Below are positions 39,316 through 49,145 of a stretch of 64,000 nucleotides of DNA, in pieces. The translations under genes and the position numbers were made by a program. The stretch's first letter is position 1. Every line of letters starts with the position of its first letter. The stretch lies in IMG/VR virus record IMGVR_UViG_3300029288_000094. One strand, given 5' to 3'. The notes beneath the pieces were generated by a model. It did no database searches. It was not told the DNA's origin and worked only from the letters and a program-made list of their open reading frames with translations. The DNA is from an uncultured virus (IMG/VR IMGVR_UViG_3300029288_000094). Taxonomy: Duplodnaviria > Heunggongvirae > Uroviricota > Caudoviricetes.

Positions 39316-40416
39316 TTATCCTTTTTTCACTTCAAATTCTGGGTCATTAATTATCTTTCTTATACATGACTCAGCAGTAACAAAATCACCTACATTAAGA
39401 GCAGAAGCAAGAAGTAGTATTATCATGTTTCTCAACACTGTCTGAGCATCTATTGGTATTAGCCCAAGATTTAATTTACCATCTTTAAGTAACAGCAAAT
39501 ATCTGTATGCTGTTTTATAGTCTTTAAACTTAAAAGCAGCTTCACCATATGTAAACCTGTACATAGGTAAATGTTCAAACTTAGATTTGAATTCATCAAG
39601 CAATGGCATAATCTCAATATGCTTATTAAAAGTAGTAAGCATATTCAATTTAGTAAGTATAGCTATGAATTCATTTTCAGTAGAAACACCAGTTTTACCC
39701 TGTCTGATAAGTTCTACACAATGGTCTATAACAGGTTCTGCTTCTTTAGGTCTGCTTAACCCTATTAAAGTTTTAGCAGCATTTACTCCATTTAAGAAGT
39801 TATCTTTGTCTACTTTAAGGTCATCAAGTAGAATCTTTAAGTTTCTTTCCAACTTTTCTACAATAGCTTCACTACTACTATAACCTAAATGATAAATAGA
39901 TACATCACATGTAGCATATCCCACATCATTCTGTTCTACTGAGAAAGAAATCTGTTCATGTATCTTACCTGAAAATTGTAATCCTTTATGGTTAGGAAAT
40001 ACTCTAAGTTGTATAGACTGAAAATCCCTATCCCACCTCTTATCCACAAGGGCTAAGAATATAGCCCTGTCTGGATTATTCTTAATAAACCATTTAATTT
40101 TAGATATGTCCTGTCTTTCAATATGGTCATCAGCATCAAGCCAAATAATGTAATCTTTAGTACAATACTTTAGTGATTCATTCCTTGCGTCAGAGAAACT
40201 GTCATTCCAAGGAAAGTCATATACTTTAGCACCAAAAGATTTAGCTACTTCTTTGCTGTCGTCCTCTGATCCTGTATCTACAATAACAATTTCATCAATC
40301 ATCCCTTTGACTAAGGGCAATAACCTTTTCAAGTTCTCACTTTCATTTTTTACTATCATAGCTAATGATAGTGTTGGTAATGTTGCGGTGTTAAACACGA
40401 TTTTTTTTGTGGTCAT
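39316..40416 (-). CDS. Glycosyltransferase family 2 with TPR-like C-terminus
   Basis: LAMIVKNE, VDTGSED, FSDARN, WLDADD, IHEQ, HLGY. Confidence 0.9.
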   Translation of the reverse strand: MTTKKIVFNTATLPTLSLAMIVKNESENLKRLLPLVKGMIDEIVIVDTGSEDDSKEVAKSFGAKVYDFPWNDSFSDARNESLKYCTKDYIIWLDADDHIERQDISKIKWFIKNNPDRAIFLALVDKRWDRDFQSIQLRVFPNHKGLQFSGKIHEQISFSVEQNDVGYATCDVSIYHLGYSSSEAIVEKLERNLKILLDDLKVDKDNFLNGVNAAKTLIGLSRPKEAEPVIDHCVELIRQGKTGVSTENEFIAILTKLNMLTTFNKHIEIMPLLDEFKSKFEHLPMYRFTYGEAAFKFKDYKTAYRYLLLLKDGKLNLGLIPIDAQTVLRNMIILLLASALNVGDFVTAESCIRKIINDPEFEVKKG

Positions 40417-40417
40417 A

Positions 40418-40693
40418 CTACCCCCTTTTTGATTTGTAATATTCTTTCTTAGCTTGCTGGTATACCATTCTTGTATCAGTACAGAAGACTGTATTTTTAT
40501 TTACATTTTCTGTAAGTTTGTTACCTTCATCATCCTCTCTACCAGTAAAGAATTTTTTAATAGTAGTAAGTACATTATACTTTCTTGTTTTAGTAGACAA
40601 ATCACCATAGCACTTTTTCCTTAATGATTTAGCCCTAACTCCTCTCATATATAACCTCCCTCCTATTATCCCACCATTTTTTGACAGAATCAC
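40418..40693 (-). CDS. Hypothetical basic protein
   Basis: ORF only. Confidence 0.45.
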   Translation of the reverse strand: MILSKNGGIIGGRLYMRGVRAKSLRKKCYGDLSTKTRKYNVLTTIKKFFTGREDDEGNKLTENVNKNTVFCTDTRMVYQQAKKEYYKSKRG

Positions 40694-41275
40694 TCATTTT
40701 TTGCATATTGGAAGTTTGTAAAATTCTTCCATAGAACAGAATACTGAATCCTCTATTTTTTGGTATAAACAATGAGTTTGAACACTGTCATCTCCACCAA
40801 TATTTAATTTTCTTTTAAATAAATCTACTATCTGGTAGTTACATACTTTAGCTAGTTCTTCATAAAACGGCATACCCAGAAAATGGAATCCATGAAGAGG
40901 CCAATTATCTGGATGTGGGCTGACATTGAATACTAAACAACCTTGTTTTGCCATATTATGTATATTTTTAGTGCAGTAATATAAATTTTCTACATGTTCG
41001 GAGGTTCCAAAATTGGTTATGATGTCAAAGGTATTGAGTAAAGATTTATCAGTTATTTCTTTTCCTAAATCTAGCATCAATGCTCCACTATTACCATTCA
41101 AGTCTATAGTAACTATTTCCTGTCCTATAGATTTGAAATACTGATTTACCCATGAAGATTCTTCAAATGGGGGGCAACACATAAACTGTTGGTCCCCCAA
41201 TTCACATATCTTTAATGTAATATCTGAGGGTAAATAGTGTTTAAACCAAAGCCAAGTTTCTTGTGTCACTCCCAT
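40694..41275 (-). CDS. SAM-dependent methyltransferase
   Basis: ICELG, TIDLN, FDIITNFGTSEHV. Confidence 0.8.
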   Translation of the reverse strand: MGVTQETWLWFKHYLPSDITLKICELGDQQFMCCPPFEESSWVNQYFKSIGQEIVTIDLNGNSGALMLDLGKEITDKSLLNTFDIITNFGTSEHVENLYYCTKNIHNMAKQGCLVFNVSPHPDNWPLHGFHFLGMPFYEELAKVCNYQIVDLFKRKLNIGGDDSVQTHCLYQKIEDSVFCSMEEFYKLPICKK

Positions 41276-41285
41276 GTTTAGTCTC

Positions 41286-41870
41286 CTATCTTCCTACTAT
41301 CAGATTTTCCCCACTCATGAAGAATATCTTACTAAACCCACTTTTAAGAAGGTATTCTTTTATCTCCTTAGTATTCCAACCATATTCGATACAAACTAAA
41401 TCAGTACCTGTTTCATCTAAATCTATTTGTTGTAGTACCTCCCAGTCCATCCCTTCGCAATCAATACTTATAAATTCATATACTCCAGGAAAGCTATTAT
41501 AGAATGTTTTCCAAGTAACACAATCAACTAGAGTTTCCTCATAGTCAAGTTGTATATCTTTCCACCTATTATAATGTCTAATATGTCCTGTAGCATTAGC
41601 TCCACCAGAATCATAGAACACCAACTTACCATTCTTGCTTCCTATTGCTATCTGCACAGTCTGTACCTTATCATCATTCTCATAAAAATCAGATAGAAAC
41701 TTAAAACATTTTGGTGAAGGTTCCACCAACACAGCTTCCCACCCTCTTTCAATAAGTGCTCTACTATTTGAGAATACTGTCGGATGATATGCCCCTATTT
41801 CAAGAACTCTTCCCTTTTTGTCCCCAAAAAACTCTAATACGTACTGCTCTTCTTCTCCCTGTGTATACAT
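41286..41870 (-). CDS. FkbM-family methyltransferase
   Basis: YTQGEE, LEIGAY..SNS, GW..VLVEP, ISIDCEGMD..VL, VCIE. Confidence 0.88.
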   Translation of the reverse strand: MYTQGEEEQYVLEFFGDKKGRVLEIGAYHPTVFSNSRALIERGWEAVLVEPSPKCFKFLSDFYENDDKVQTVQIAIGSKNGKLVFYDSGGANATGHIRHYNRWKDIQLDYEETLVDCVTWKTFYNSFPGVYEFISIDCEGMDWEVLQQIDLDETGTDLVCIEYGWNTKEIKEYLLKSGFSKIFFMSGENLIVGR

Positions 41871-41881
41871 TCATATCTCCT

Positions 41882-42760
41882 TTAAATAAAACTCGTTCCC
41901 ATTATATTTTCACCCTGTTTATGCATATCAATAACTAAAGGCCAATTAAAATTCTGACTTACTCCAGCCTTAACAAATGTGGGGTTAAACTTAGTTCCTA
42001 CCTCACCTGCATAACACCACACACCATAATTTAAAGGGTGAATATTGTAAATTTTTATAAAATATGATATAATACTCTGGTCATGTCTATGTGCCCTAAA
42101 ATCAGGTCTTGTACTACCTCTAGCCCCTATACAGCAAATCCCGTCTCTTGAATGCTCAAAATATTTAGTAAACAATTGGTGTGCTATAGGACCTTGAGAT
42201 GGAGTATAACCAAACCTTTCCCAGAGTAGAGGGTCAGCAGAGGGTACACTAAAATCAAATATTATCATATAAGCATCTATTTCAAAGAATGTCTTAGCAA
42301 ATTCTGGGTCACAGCCCATATGTTCTAAACAATCATCGGCTGTCCATGTAGCTTCAGGACATCCAGGATTATCCAAAGTAACTACACCAATTTCACTTGC
42401 TAAATGCCAGTAAGGTTCAGCATCTTTTAGAAATACACATGAACTATCTGCCCACATTACCTTCTCATATCCCATATCTCTAGCTTCTTGAATTATATAA
42501 GATTTAAAAGCATAGGGATGTGTAGTATGTGGGGGGCATTCCCCAAATTCTTTTGTAGTGGGCATTCTATTTCTCAAGTAAATAGTTCTGCCATTATCTT
42601 CTACATCCTGAGATTCTGGTAGAGAATCTGGGCTACAGACCAACAAATCAGCATCAATCCCAGCCAGATTCATAGAATCTAATAGTCGTTGTGACCCCTT
42701 TAGATATACTTCCCTTCCCTTTGATGCAAAATTGCAGATTATTCGTTTCTTTCCATTCAT
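41882..42760 (-). CDS. Nucleotide-sugar transferase-like (GT-A) protein
   Basis: YAFK, VMWADSS, HRHDQSIIS motifs. Confidence 0.7.
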   Translation of the reverse strand: MNGKKRIICNFASKGREVYLKGSQRLLDSMNLAGIDADLLVCSPDSLPESQDVEDNGRTIYLRNRMPTTKEFGECPPHTTHPYAFKSYIIQEARDMGYEKVMWADSSCVFLKDAEPYWHLASEIGVVTLDNPGCPEATWTADDCLEHMGCDPEFAKTFFEIDAYMIIFDFSVPSADPLLWERFGYTPSQGPIAHQLFTKYFEHSRDGICCIGARGSTRPDFRAHRHDQSIISYFIKIYNIHPLNYGVWCYAGEVGTKFNPTFVKAGVSQNFNWPLVIDMHKQGENIMGTSFI

Positions 42761-43005
42761 TGCATGTACACCTTATTTTTTTTATTTAAATTATACTCAG
42801 CATTTACTTCTCTTTGTAGTCTTTCTATAGCTTCTTTATGACTGATTAATACAGATTCAAATTCCCCAATTCTCTGATTCATTAAGTTTAGCCTGTCACT
42901 AATAATATCTATTGCATGCTTATGGGTAGATAAGGTTTCACTCATAATCTTTAAAGTAGTGCTTATTGTCAGAATCAAATCCATTATCTCATCAATTTCT
43001 CTCAT
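42757..43005 (-). CDS. Coiled-coil hypothetical protein
   Basis: Heptad pattern; coupled ORF. Confidence 0.55.
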   Translation of the reverse strand: MREIDEIMDLILTISTTLKIMSETLSTHKHAIDIISDRLNLMNQRIGEFESVLISHKEAIERLQREVNAEYNLNKKNKVYMQ

Positions 43006-43604
43006 TTATTCACATCCAATGTTCTCTGTGCAGCAGTCTTACTCCATTCAAATCTGTAGTAATACATAATTTTATCTATAAAAATTTCTTTTTTCAGCAA
43101 TCTACTATTGAGTATTTGCATAGCCCAATCATAATCTTCCCCTGAATTCAAAACAGGAAAGGTAAATCTTTTAGATATCTCAGCTTTTATAGGGTTCAAA
43201 TGATTTGGGGGTCTGTAATAATAATTATCATCCTTACTATATCCCTTGTATTTTATAGAATGTATAAATTCTTTGTTACCTAAATCCTCACTTATCAGTA
43301 ACCCTTTAAACCCTATACAATCTATATCAGGGTTGTCCTTGATAACATCTACCATTGTTTTTACATAATCATCAGCAATCAAATCATCGTCATCTACAAA
43401 GACTGTAAATAACCCACTTGCATCAGCAAGTAAGGTATTTCTTTTCATGCCTACAAGATATTCATAGTCATCTTGAAAGACTACTATTTCTACCTCCTCT
43501 GAAAGACCATTATCATTTATCTGTTTGTCAAGATTATTATATAGCTCTTCAAACTGACCTGTTCTGTCTTTAAGTGTAGCTATTAGTATACTTAGGTATA
43601 TCAT
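43002..43604 (-). CDS. Glycosyltransferase family 2
   Basis: LSILIAT, GMKRN.L, FVDDDD, GEDYDW. Confidence 0.85.
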   Translation of the reverse strand: MIYLSILIATLKDRTGQFEELYNNLDKQINDNGLSEEVEIVVFQDDYEYLVGMKRNTLLADASGLFTVFVDDDDLIADDYVKTMVDVIKDNPDIDCIGFKGLLISEDLGNKEFIHSIKYKGYSKDDNYYYRPPNHLNPIKAEISKRFTFPVLNSGEDYDWAMQILNSRLLKKEIFIDKIMYYYRFEWSKTAAQRTLDVNK

Positions 43605-44278
43605 AAGTCAAAGTTCCTTGCTCTACGTTGATAATATAAAATTTTGTCTTTTTCCCACGAAATATTGTTGCGTTGATAAAGTTCATCAAATTTAACTTTA
43701 CTATCATTGGCAGGATGTTCATGTTTAAATAGTACCTTATTTATTCTAAACTCCTTGCCAAGTATCTGAGACACTTCCTGAAATTCATTATCTGGAAAGA
43801 AACTCTCATATTCAGGATAATAAATGTAATTAAATCTTTGATAATATTTTTTGCCTAAAATACATAGAGTATTTAATGGTGTATATCCATCTGGGGAATA
43901 AAGAACGCCATCTGTATCTGGTATATTATTTTCATAAAGGTTTATTATCTTCTCATCATACCCTAGCATAACAGGGTACATGTCATCTGACATAAGCATT
44001 ACTATATCCCATTCTTTCTTATACTCTTCTAAATCACGGTTACACGCATGAATCTTATTCATACTGTAACTATAGTTAGCTTCTATATCAACATCATAGA
44101 AATCACTATAAAACTCAATCTGATGTTTCACTTCATCGTCATTCATAGTTTCATCATCAATATCTAATGTAAGTAAGAAACTCACATTATTTGTTTTCTT
44201 ATTAGATAATAATAAATCCATCGCTTGATAAAATTTTTGTCTTCTTTCTCTAGTTGGGAATTTAATTAACAGTTTCAT
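43601..44278 (-). CDS. Glycosyltransferase (GT2-like)
   Basis: IKFPTRER, DIDD, MLMSDDM, DNE, FKHEH. Confidence 0.8.
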   Translation of the reverse strand: MKLLIKFPTRERRQKFYQAMDLLLSNKKTNNVSFLLTLDIDDETMNDDEVKHQIEFYSDFYDVDIEANYSYSMNKIHACNRDLEEYKKEWDIVMLMSDDMYPVMLGYDEKIINLYENNIPDTDGVLYSPDGYTPLNTLCILGKKYYQRFNYIYYPEYESFFPDNEFQEVSQILGKEFRINKVLFKHEHPANDSKVKFDELYQRNNISWEKDKILYYQRRARNFDL

Positions 44279-44445
44279 TTACTCTCCTTGTTTCTCTCTT
44301 TAGGAAACTTATACCTTAAAATACCTAAACCATCATCAGTGAAAATAACTTCACCACATTGAAGACACATATAATAGTCTATATCATATATGTAATCATT
44401 TCTCGGTATTAAATTACCACCACATCTTGGGCATCTATCTAACAT
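44275..44445 (-). CDS. Small Zn-ribbon protein (56 aa, not in ORF track)
   Basis: MLDRCPRCGG...CLQCGE; stop overlaps the next ATG. Confidence 0.6.
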   Translation of the reverse strand: MLDRCPRCGGNLIPRNDYIYDIDYYMCLQCGEVIFTDDGLGILRYKFPKERNKESK

Positions 44446-44635
44446 TTCCATCTAACTGTGAGAACCTTCCATTTATTGTACAAAATGAGTTGTTGCATTT
44501 TTTGCAACTGCACACAGATTCAATAACATCATAAGGGTTTTTCTCTGAACCTATTGGTCCAGACCCCCAGAACTTAATTTCCTTATTACCACAATAAGGA
44601 CATTCTTTATTAAATGCATCACCTATTTCTGTCAT
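44435..44635 (-). CDS. Small Zn-ribbon protein
   Basis: CPYC...CKKC. Confidence 0.55.
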   Translation of the reverse strand: MTEIGDAFNKECPYCGNKEIKFWGSGPIGSEKNPYDVIESVCSCKKCNNSFCTINGRFSQLDGNVR

Positions 44636-45027
44636 TTTATCCCTCTAAATATAGCTACACAACTTGGGAAAGGAGCACCTTGCTTACTCCCACCAAATTT
44701 TAATCTACCTTTAATAAATCTAATCTCATCAGCCTTCATTATGTACTCATGCCAATATGAAGTATCAGTTCTTGATGGAATAAGAAATACTACTATTTTA
44801 CCTTTTAAATATTCTTCATACCCTTTCTTAATCCATTTAACTATCTTTCTACCATATGGAGGGTTGACAAAATTAGATTTACCCCAACTGACAGATAAAC
44901 CATCAAATGTTGGGTTATGAGGACATGGATCAAAGTCAAAGTTAAATTCCCTGTCAAGTTCATCATACACAGCTTTTGGAGTTTGCCAATCAAGTTTTAA
45001 GCTTGAGAAATGTACTTTTAAATTCAT
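44632..45027 (-). CDS. Phage DNA N6-adenine methyltransferase (Dam-like)
   Basis: WQTP, FDFDPC, VNPPY, LIPSRTDT..WH, FIKGRLKF, APFPS. Confidence 0.9.
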   Translation of the reverse strand: MNLKVHFSSLKLDWQTPKAVYDELDREFNFDFDPCPHNPTFDGLSVSWGKSNFVNPPYGRKIVKWIKKGYEEYLKGKIVVFLIPSRTDTSYWHEYIMKADEIRFIKGRLKFGGSKQGAPFPSCVAIFRGIK

Positions 45028-45122
45028 TGTATAAAACTTCCTTCTTCTGTTTTTACTATATTTATTTTGTCTGAAAACATCCCGTAGGTTTCAAGATTTC
45101 TATGGTCTATGTAGAATATCTT
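45024..45122 (-). pseudogene. Orphaned former C-terminus of sbcC (KIFYIDHRNLETYGMFSDKINIVKTEEGSFIQ*)
   Basis: 19/31 aa identical (manual alignment) to the C-terminal segment of 45726..47570; its TGA overlaps the ATG of the methylase. Confidence 0.85.
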
Positions 45123-45736
45123 ATTTTAGTAGTTAAAGCTTTTTCCATATCCCACCTACTTTTATAAAGTCTACCCCTTAAAACACTTTGTTCTATATTA
45201 TATTCCTCTGCCCAAGCAGATAAACATTTAGATTCTCCTTTATAGGTTATAATAGTATTAGTAGACCTATTCCTAGCTTGCTCTTTAGGTAGAGACCATT
45301 TACAATTTTCTTTGTAATAGTCTTTATCATTATCAATCCTATCTAAACTATACCCCACAGGTCTCTCTCCCATATCTTCTAAAAAGTTTTCAAAGTCTAA
45401 CCATCTTTCACAAAAAGTTATCCCTCTTAAAAAGTACCTTGAAGCTCTATTTCTTTTTTTGTTTATACATCTTCTTTTCATTTCCATCCAAGAAACCCAA
45501 GTTGGAGTTTTGCTTAAACCATGTTTCATAAAACGTGCAGCAGCTTTTTCTTTTTGTATACACCCACAGGACTGTGTATCTCCATTTTTTAAACTAAAGA
45601 TACTTGTTACTTTTAATTTACCACAGTCACATAAACACTTAAATTTTCTATGATGGTTTTTATCCATACTTTCATAAGAAAGTATGGTCAGTCTTCCGTA
45701 TCTTTTACCAATATAATCGGAAACATTAAGCCTCAT
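45107..45736 (-). CDS. HNH homing endonuclease
   Basis: IGKRYGRLT, CLCDCG, SCGC, SW..MKRRC, RGI..C.RW..F..DMG.RP..SLDRIDN...NCKW..EQARN; ATG 45736 has a GGGGAG RBS. Confidence 0.9.
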   Translation of the reverse strand: MRLNVSDYIGKRYGRLTILSYESMDKNHHRKFKCLCDCGKLKVTSIFSLKNGDTQSCGCIQKEKAAARFMKHGLSKTPTWVSWMEMKRRCINKKRNRASRYFLRGITFCERWLDFENFLEDMGERPVGYSLDRIDNDKDYYKENCKWSLPKEQARNRSTNTIITYKGESKCLSAWAEEYNIEQSVLRGRLYKSRWDMEKALTTKIRYST

Positions 45737-47570
45737 AATTAATTTTACTCCCCTTGTCATCTTTTATTATATTTATAGTACTTGTAAACCCCCCATAAGT
45801 ATGAAGGTCTTTATGGTCAATATAAAATATTTTCATGTTATTTTCTAAAGCTTTATTTCTCAATAAATAAATAACATCTTCTATGCCACTGGTGGAAAGA
45901 TGTCTACTTATCTCATCTAACACAAGTATATTCCACAAGGAACCACGTTTATTAGATATAAAGTCTACAAGACCTAAAGTAGTAGCTATTCTTATTCTCT
46001 GACCTTCACCTCCAGACCAGCAATCAAAAGGTACTAAGTTTTCATTTACTGGAGATTTTACAAAGATGTTAAATCCACGTTTTACAGAACCAGACTTAGT
46101 TTCAGTATCTACTAACAACTTCACTTTCCAGTCAGCTAATCCAAGATTCTGAAGGTTGTTATTTATTTCAATCTCAAACTCATCCAATGCTTCTGATGTA
46201 AGCATAAGTTTTATATCTTTAAAACCTTTCTGCCAGTACTTATATATTTCTACAAGTCTTTTTGTTCTGTCAAGTTCTTCTTCTTGGTAAAGTAACTTTC
46301 TTTTCAACATCTTTACTTTGCTGTCATTATCAGAAATCATATCAATATAAGGGTTCTTATTATTTTTTTCTTTCTCTAATTCTATAGAATTATAATCAAT
46401 TCTGTCCTTACAATTCACTATGTCATTTTCTAACACAGTAACTTCTTTATCAAGGTCATTTATTTCTCTTTCCTGCTTATTAAGTTTTTCGATTTCTTTT
46501 ACTTTCTTGTTTTTCTCATTACTTAATGACTTAGCTATTTCTTTTTCTTTTTTAATAAAACCATTAAGAAGTTCTTCTGTGTTACTAATCTGTTCTTTGA
46601 GGACATCTGTCTCTGTTTTAATAACTTTACCATCTACTTTCTGTTTACAAGTAGGACATTTGTTACCCAATCCCTGCAAGTCTTTTAAATCTTTATTAAT
46701 CATTCTTATCTCAGTATTTAATCCTGAAATAGTTTTAGCATATTCATTTCCTTGATTAGTATATTTCTTTATATTTTCTTCTATTTCATCAAGAACAGAC
46801 TCATCAAAATCCTCACCAAGTTTCTTCAATTCTTTATTCTTTTCTTTAAGTTCTTTACTATATCCCTCAAGAACTGCTTTATTAATACTTATAGTATCAA
46901 TAAAACTTTGAACTTTTTCAATATGGTAGTTTTCCCATTCTTCACTAAGTTTAGAATAATCATTCTTCTCAAGTATAGAGAGTTTACCATTTAATTCTGA
47001 AATAGAGTTACGTATTTCAGAAACTTCTTCAGTATATGATTTATAATTCAGTGTAGCTTTATCAACAAAGTTATCCCACTCTTTCAACTTATCTTCAAGT
47101 ATAGAAGTGAAGATGTTTAACTTTTCAGAAGGTGTAAAGTCGAGAAACTTCTGCCCAAACTGAGATATGAACACTGAATAAGAGAATGATTCAAAGTTCA
47201 TACCTATTAAATCATTTACTTCATCTTGAGCTACTGTTCTACTATCTAAAACTAATGTATTAGGATTCCAAGTTCTTGTTAAAGTATGTTGTTCACCATT
47301 TCTTTCAAATTCTATAGTTACTGCACATTTTTCAGTAGAGTACCAATTTTTAATATCACCAGCTTTGAGATTGGTAGAAGTCTTACCAAAGAAGACAAAT
47401 GATAATGCTTCAAATAACGCTGATTTCCCAACGCCATTACCACCAAGTTTAGGTTCTACTTTGTTTTCACCAGAAACAAATATCAAACCATTATCAAGAT
47501 TATTAATATCTAATAGCTGTTCTTTGGTAAATGACTTGAAGCCCTGTATGTATAACCTATTTATTTTCAT
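45726..47570 (-). CDS. SbcC/Rad50 (gp46-like) ATPase
   Basis: Walker A GNGVGKS, coiled coil with CPTC zinc hook, WSGGE signature, LVLDE Walker B. Confidence 0.93.
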   Translation of the reverse strand: MKINRLYIQGFKSFTKEQLLDINNLDNGLIFVSGENKVEPKLGGNGVGKSALFEALSFVFFGKTSTNLKAGDIKNWYSTEKCAVTIEFERNGEQHTLTRTWNPNTLVLDSRTVAQDEVNDLIGMNFESFSYSVFISQFGQKFLDFTPSEKLNIFTSILEDKLKEWDNFVDKATLNYKSYTEEVSEIRNSISELNGKLSILEKNDYSKLSEEWENYHIEKVQSFIDTISINKAVLEGYSKELKEKNKELKKLGEDFDESVLDEIEENIKKYTNQGNEYAKTISGLNTEIRMINKDLKDLQGLGNKCPTCKQKVDGKVIKTETDVLKEQISNTEELLNGFIKKEKEIAKSLSNEKNKKVKEIEKLNKQEREINDLDKEVTVLENDIVNCKDRIDYNSIELEKEKNNKNPYIDMISDNDSKVKMLKRKLLYQEEELDRTKRLVEIYKYWQKGFKDIKLMLTSEALDEFEIEINNNLQNLGLADWKVKLLVDTETKSGSVKRGFNIFVKSPVNENLVPFDCWSGGEGQRIRIATTLGLVDFISNKRGSLWNILVLDEISRHLSTSGIEDVIYLLRNKALENNMKIFYIDHKDLHTYGGFTSTINIIKDDKGSKINYEA

Positions 47571-47887
47571 TCAAACCCCAACTTTTTCTTTTTATCATCA
47601 ATGTAGTATGCCATGTTAGACATCTCCATGAGACTAACTTGTCCTCTTTTCCTATAACCAGTACAAGTTTTTATCGGGTTATCCCCATTAGGCCAATGTC
47701 TCATTATATGAGCAAAACCGCAGGCAATTTTTTCTTGGTCATATTGATACTGAACATAATAAAATTCATCACAGGTTGAACAAAGACCAAATCTTGTTGG
47801 TATTACATTACCTGTCCCAGAATACGCTTCATTATAATCATATACTTTTCCTTTAAATTGTTCTTTGGGGTCTTGTTCTTTTTTCAT
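47567..47887 (-). CDS. Cys-containing hypothetical protein
   Basis: ORF between sbcD and sbcC. Confidence 0.55.
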   Translation of the reverse strand: MKKEQDPKEQFKGKVYDYNEAYSGTGNVIPTRFGLCSTCDEFYYVQYQYDQEKIACGFAHIMRHWPNGDNPIKTCTGYRKRGQVSLMEMSNMAYYIDDKKKKLGFE

Positions 47888-48870
47888 TATATCACCATAT
47901 CATATGCAGCATTAACAAACTCTGCATCTAATTTCTCTTTCTCAGCATACTTATCAATAATAGCTTTATAATCAGTATCAAGAGTAAGTTTAATCTCTTC
48001 TTCTTTTATAGGTGTGTTATTCTGTACAGGTTTCATTTCTAGTGAAGTAAGTATTATTCCATTATTTTCACATATAGATTTAATATCCTTTTTTATCTTT
48101 TCCCATTCATGGTATTCAGATTTTTCAAGATTCACTTTGATCTTCAAATGATCCCCTCTTTTTATTCTATGATACCACTTATCAGACAAATCATCATTAT
48201 TCAAATAAAGAGACCATAAACTAGGAAATAAATCATTAGTTAAGTGTTTATGTTCTTTACCATCTTGTATAGAAATAATTCTACCACTGTATACATCACC
48301 TGCATATACATGATATGGACTACCAATATAAGTAACACCTTTTATTGTCTGCGGTGTATGTATATCACCACTATAAATCTTTACACCATTAATATTTGGT
48401 ACTGTTATACCATCTTCAAGTATATAACCATTCTGAGTAACAGCACCAATAATAGGTTGATGCATATAGATATATTTTATTTCCATACCTATCTTATCAG
48501 GAAACATAAAATTCTTTGAGTGTGGAAGAAATAGAGTGTTTCCATGAGATTCATTCTCACTAAAGTATAACACATTCTGTATCTGCTCTAAAAATTCAAA
48601 ATAAGGTTCTTTCTCATCTACATAATCATGGTTGCCTTTAAGTATCCTAACACAAGAAATTTGGGACAATTTTAACACTTCATCTGCTATCTTGTTTACC
48701 AAAGAAGAAGGATGTTTATCCTTTCTCTCAGTTAAGTCTCCAAGAATATCTACATAATCAGCCCCTATTTCTTCAGCTAAATTAGAAATTACCTCAAATA
48801 CTTTCCATCTGTATTCAGTAAGTGGGTCATTATCTAAGTGTAAGTCTGCTACTATTACTCTGTTTGACAT
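47887..48870 (-). CDS. SbcD/Mre11 (gp47-like) nuclease
   Basis: ADLH, LGD, GNHD, MHQ, SGDIH, YIGSP. Confidence 0.9.
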   Translation of the reverse strand: MSNRVIVADLHLDNDPLTEYRWKVFEVISNLAEEIGADYVDILGDLTERKDKHPSSLVNKIADEVLKLSQISCVRILKGNHDYVDEKEPYFEFLEQIQNVLYFSENESHGNTLFLPHSKNFMFPDKIGMEIKYIYMHQPIIGAVTQNGYILEDGITVPNINGVKIYSGDIHTPQTIKGVTYIGSPYHVYAGDVYSGRIISIQDGKEHKHLTNDLFPSLWSLYLNNDDLSDKWYHRIKRGDHLKIKVNLEKSEYHEWEKIKKDIKSICENNGIILTSLEMKPVQNNTPIKEEEIKLTLDTDYKAIIDKYAEKEKLDAEFVNAAYDMVI

Positions 48871-49145
48871 TTCTCTACCTTTTCTATAGTTTCTTTTACT
48901 AAAAGTTGAAAGTTCTTAATAAGTCCATATTTATCTACACCTTTTGCCCAATCCTCATACAGTTCTTTTTCTGTAACATCTAATTCTATTTCTTTAACAG
49001 GCAATTCTTCCAAACTACCATATCTCACGTAATCAAAGCCACCATCTATAAAAACATCACCACAAGAACATTGATGAAAATCATACCCTGCTCTACTGAA
49101 TATAAAATCTTTACAATGTGGACAGACAATACCTCTAATTTTCAT
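48855..49145 (-). CDS. Zn-binding conserved phage protein
   Basis: CPHC.D.I.S...DF..CSCG.VFIDGG.DY.R. Confidence 0.6.
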   Translation of the reverse strand: MKIRGIVCPHCKDFIFSRAGYDFHQCSCGDVFIDGGFDYVRYGSLEELPVKEIELDVTEKELYEDWAKGVDKYGLIKNFQLLVKETIEKVEKCQTE

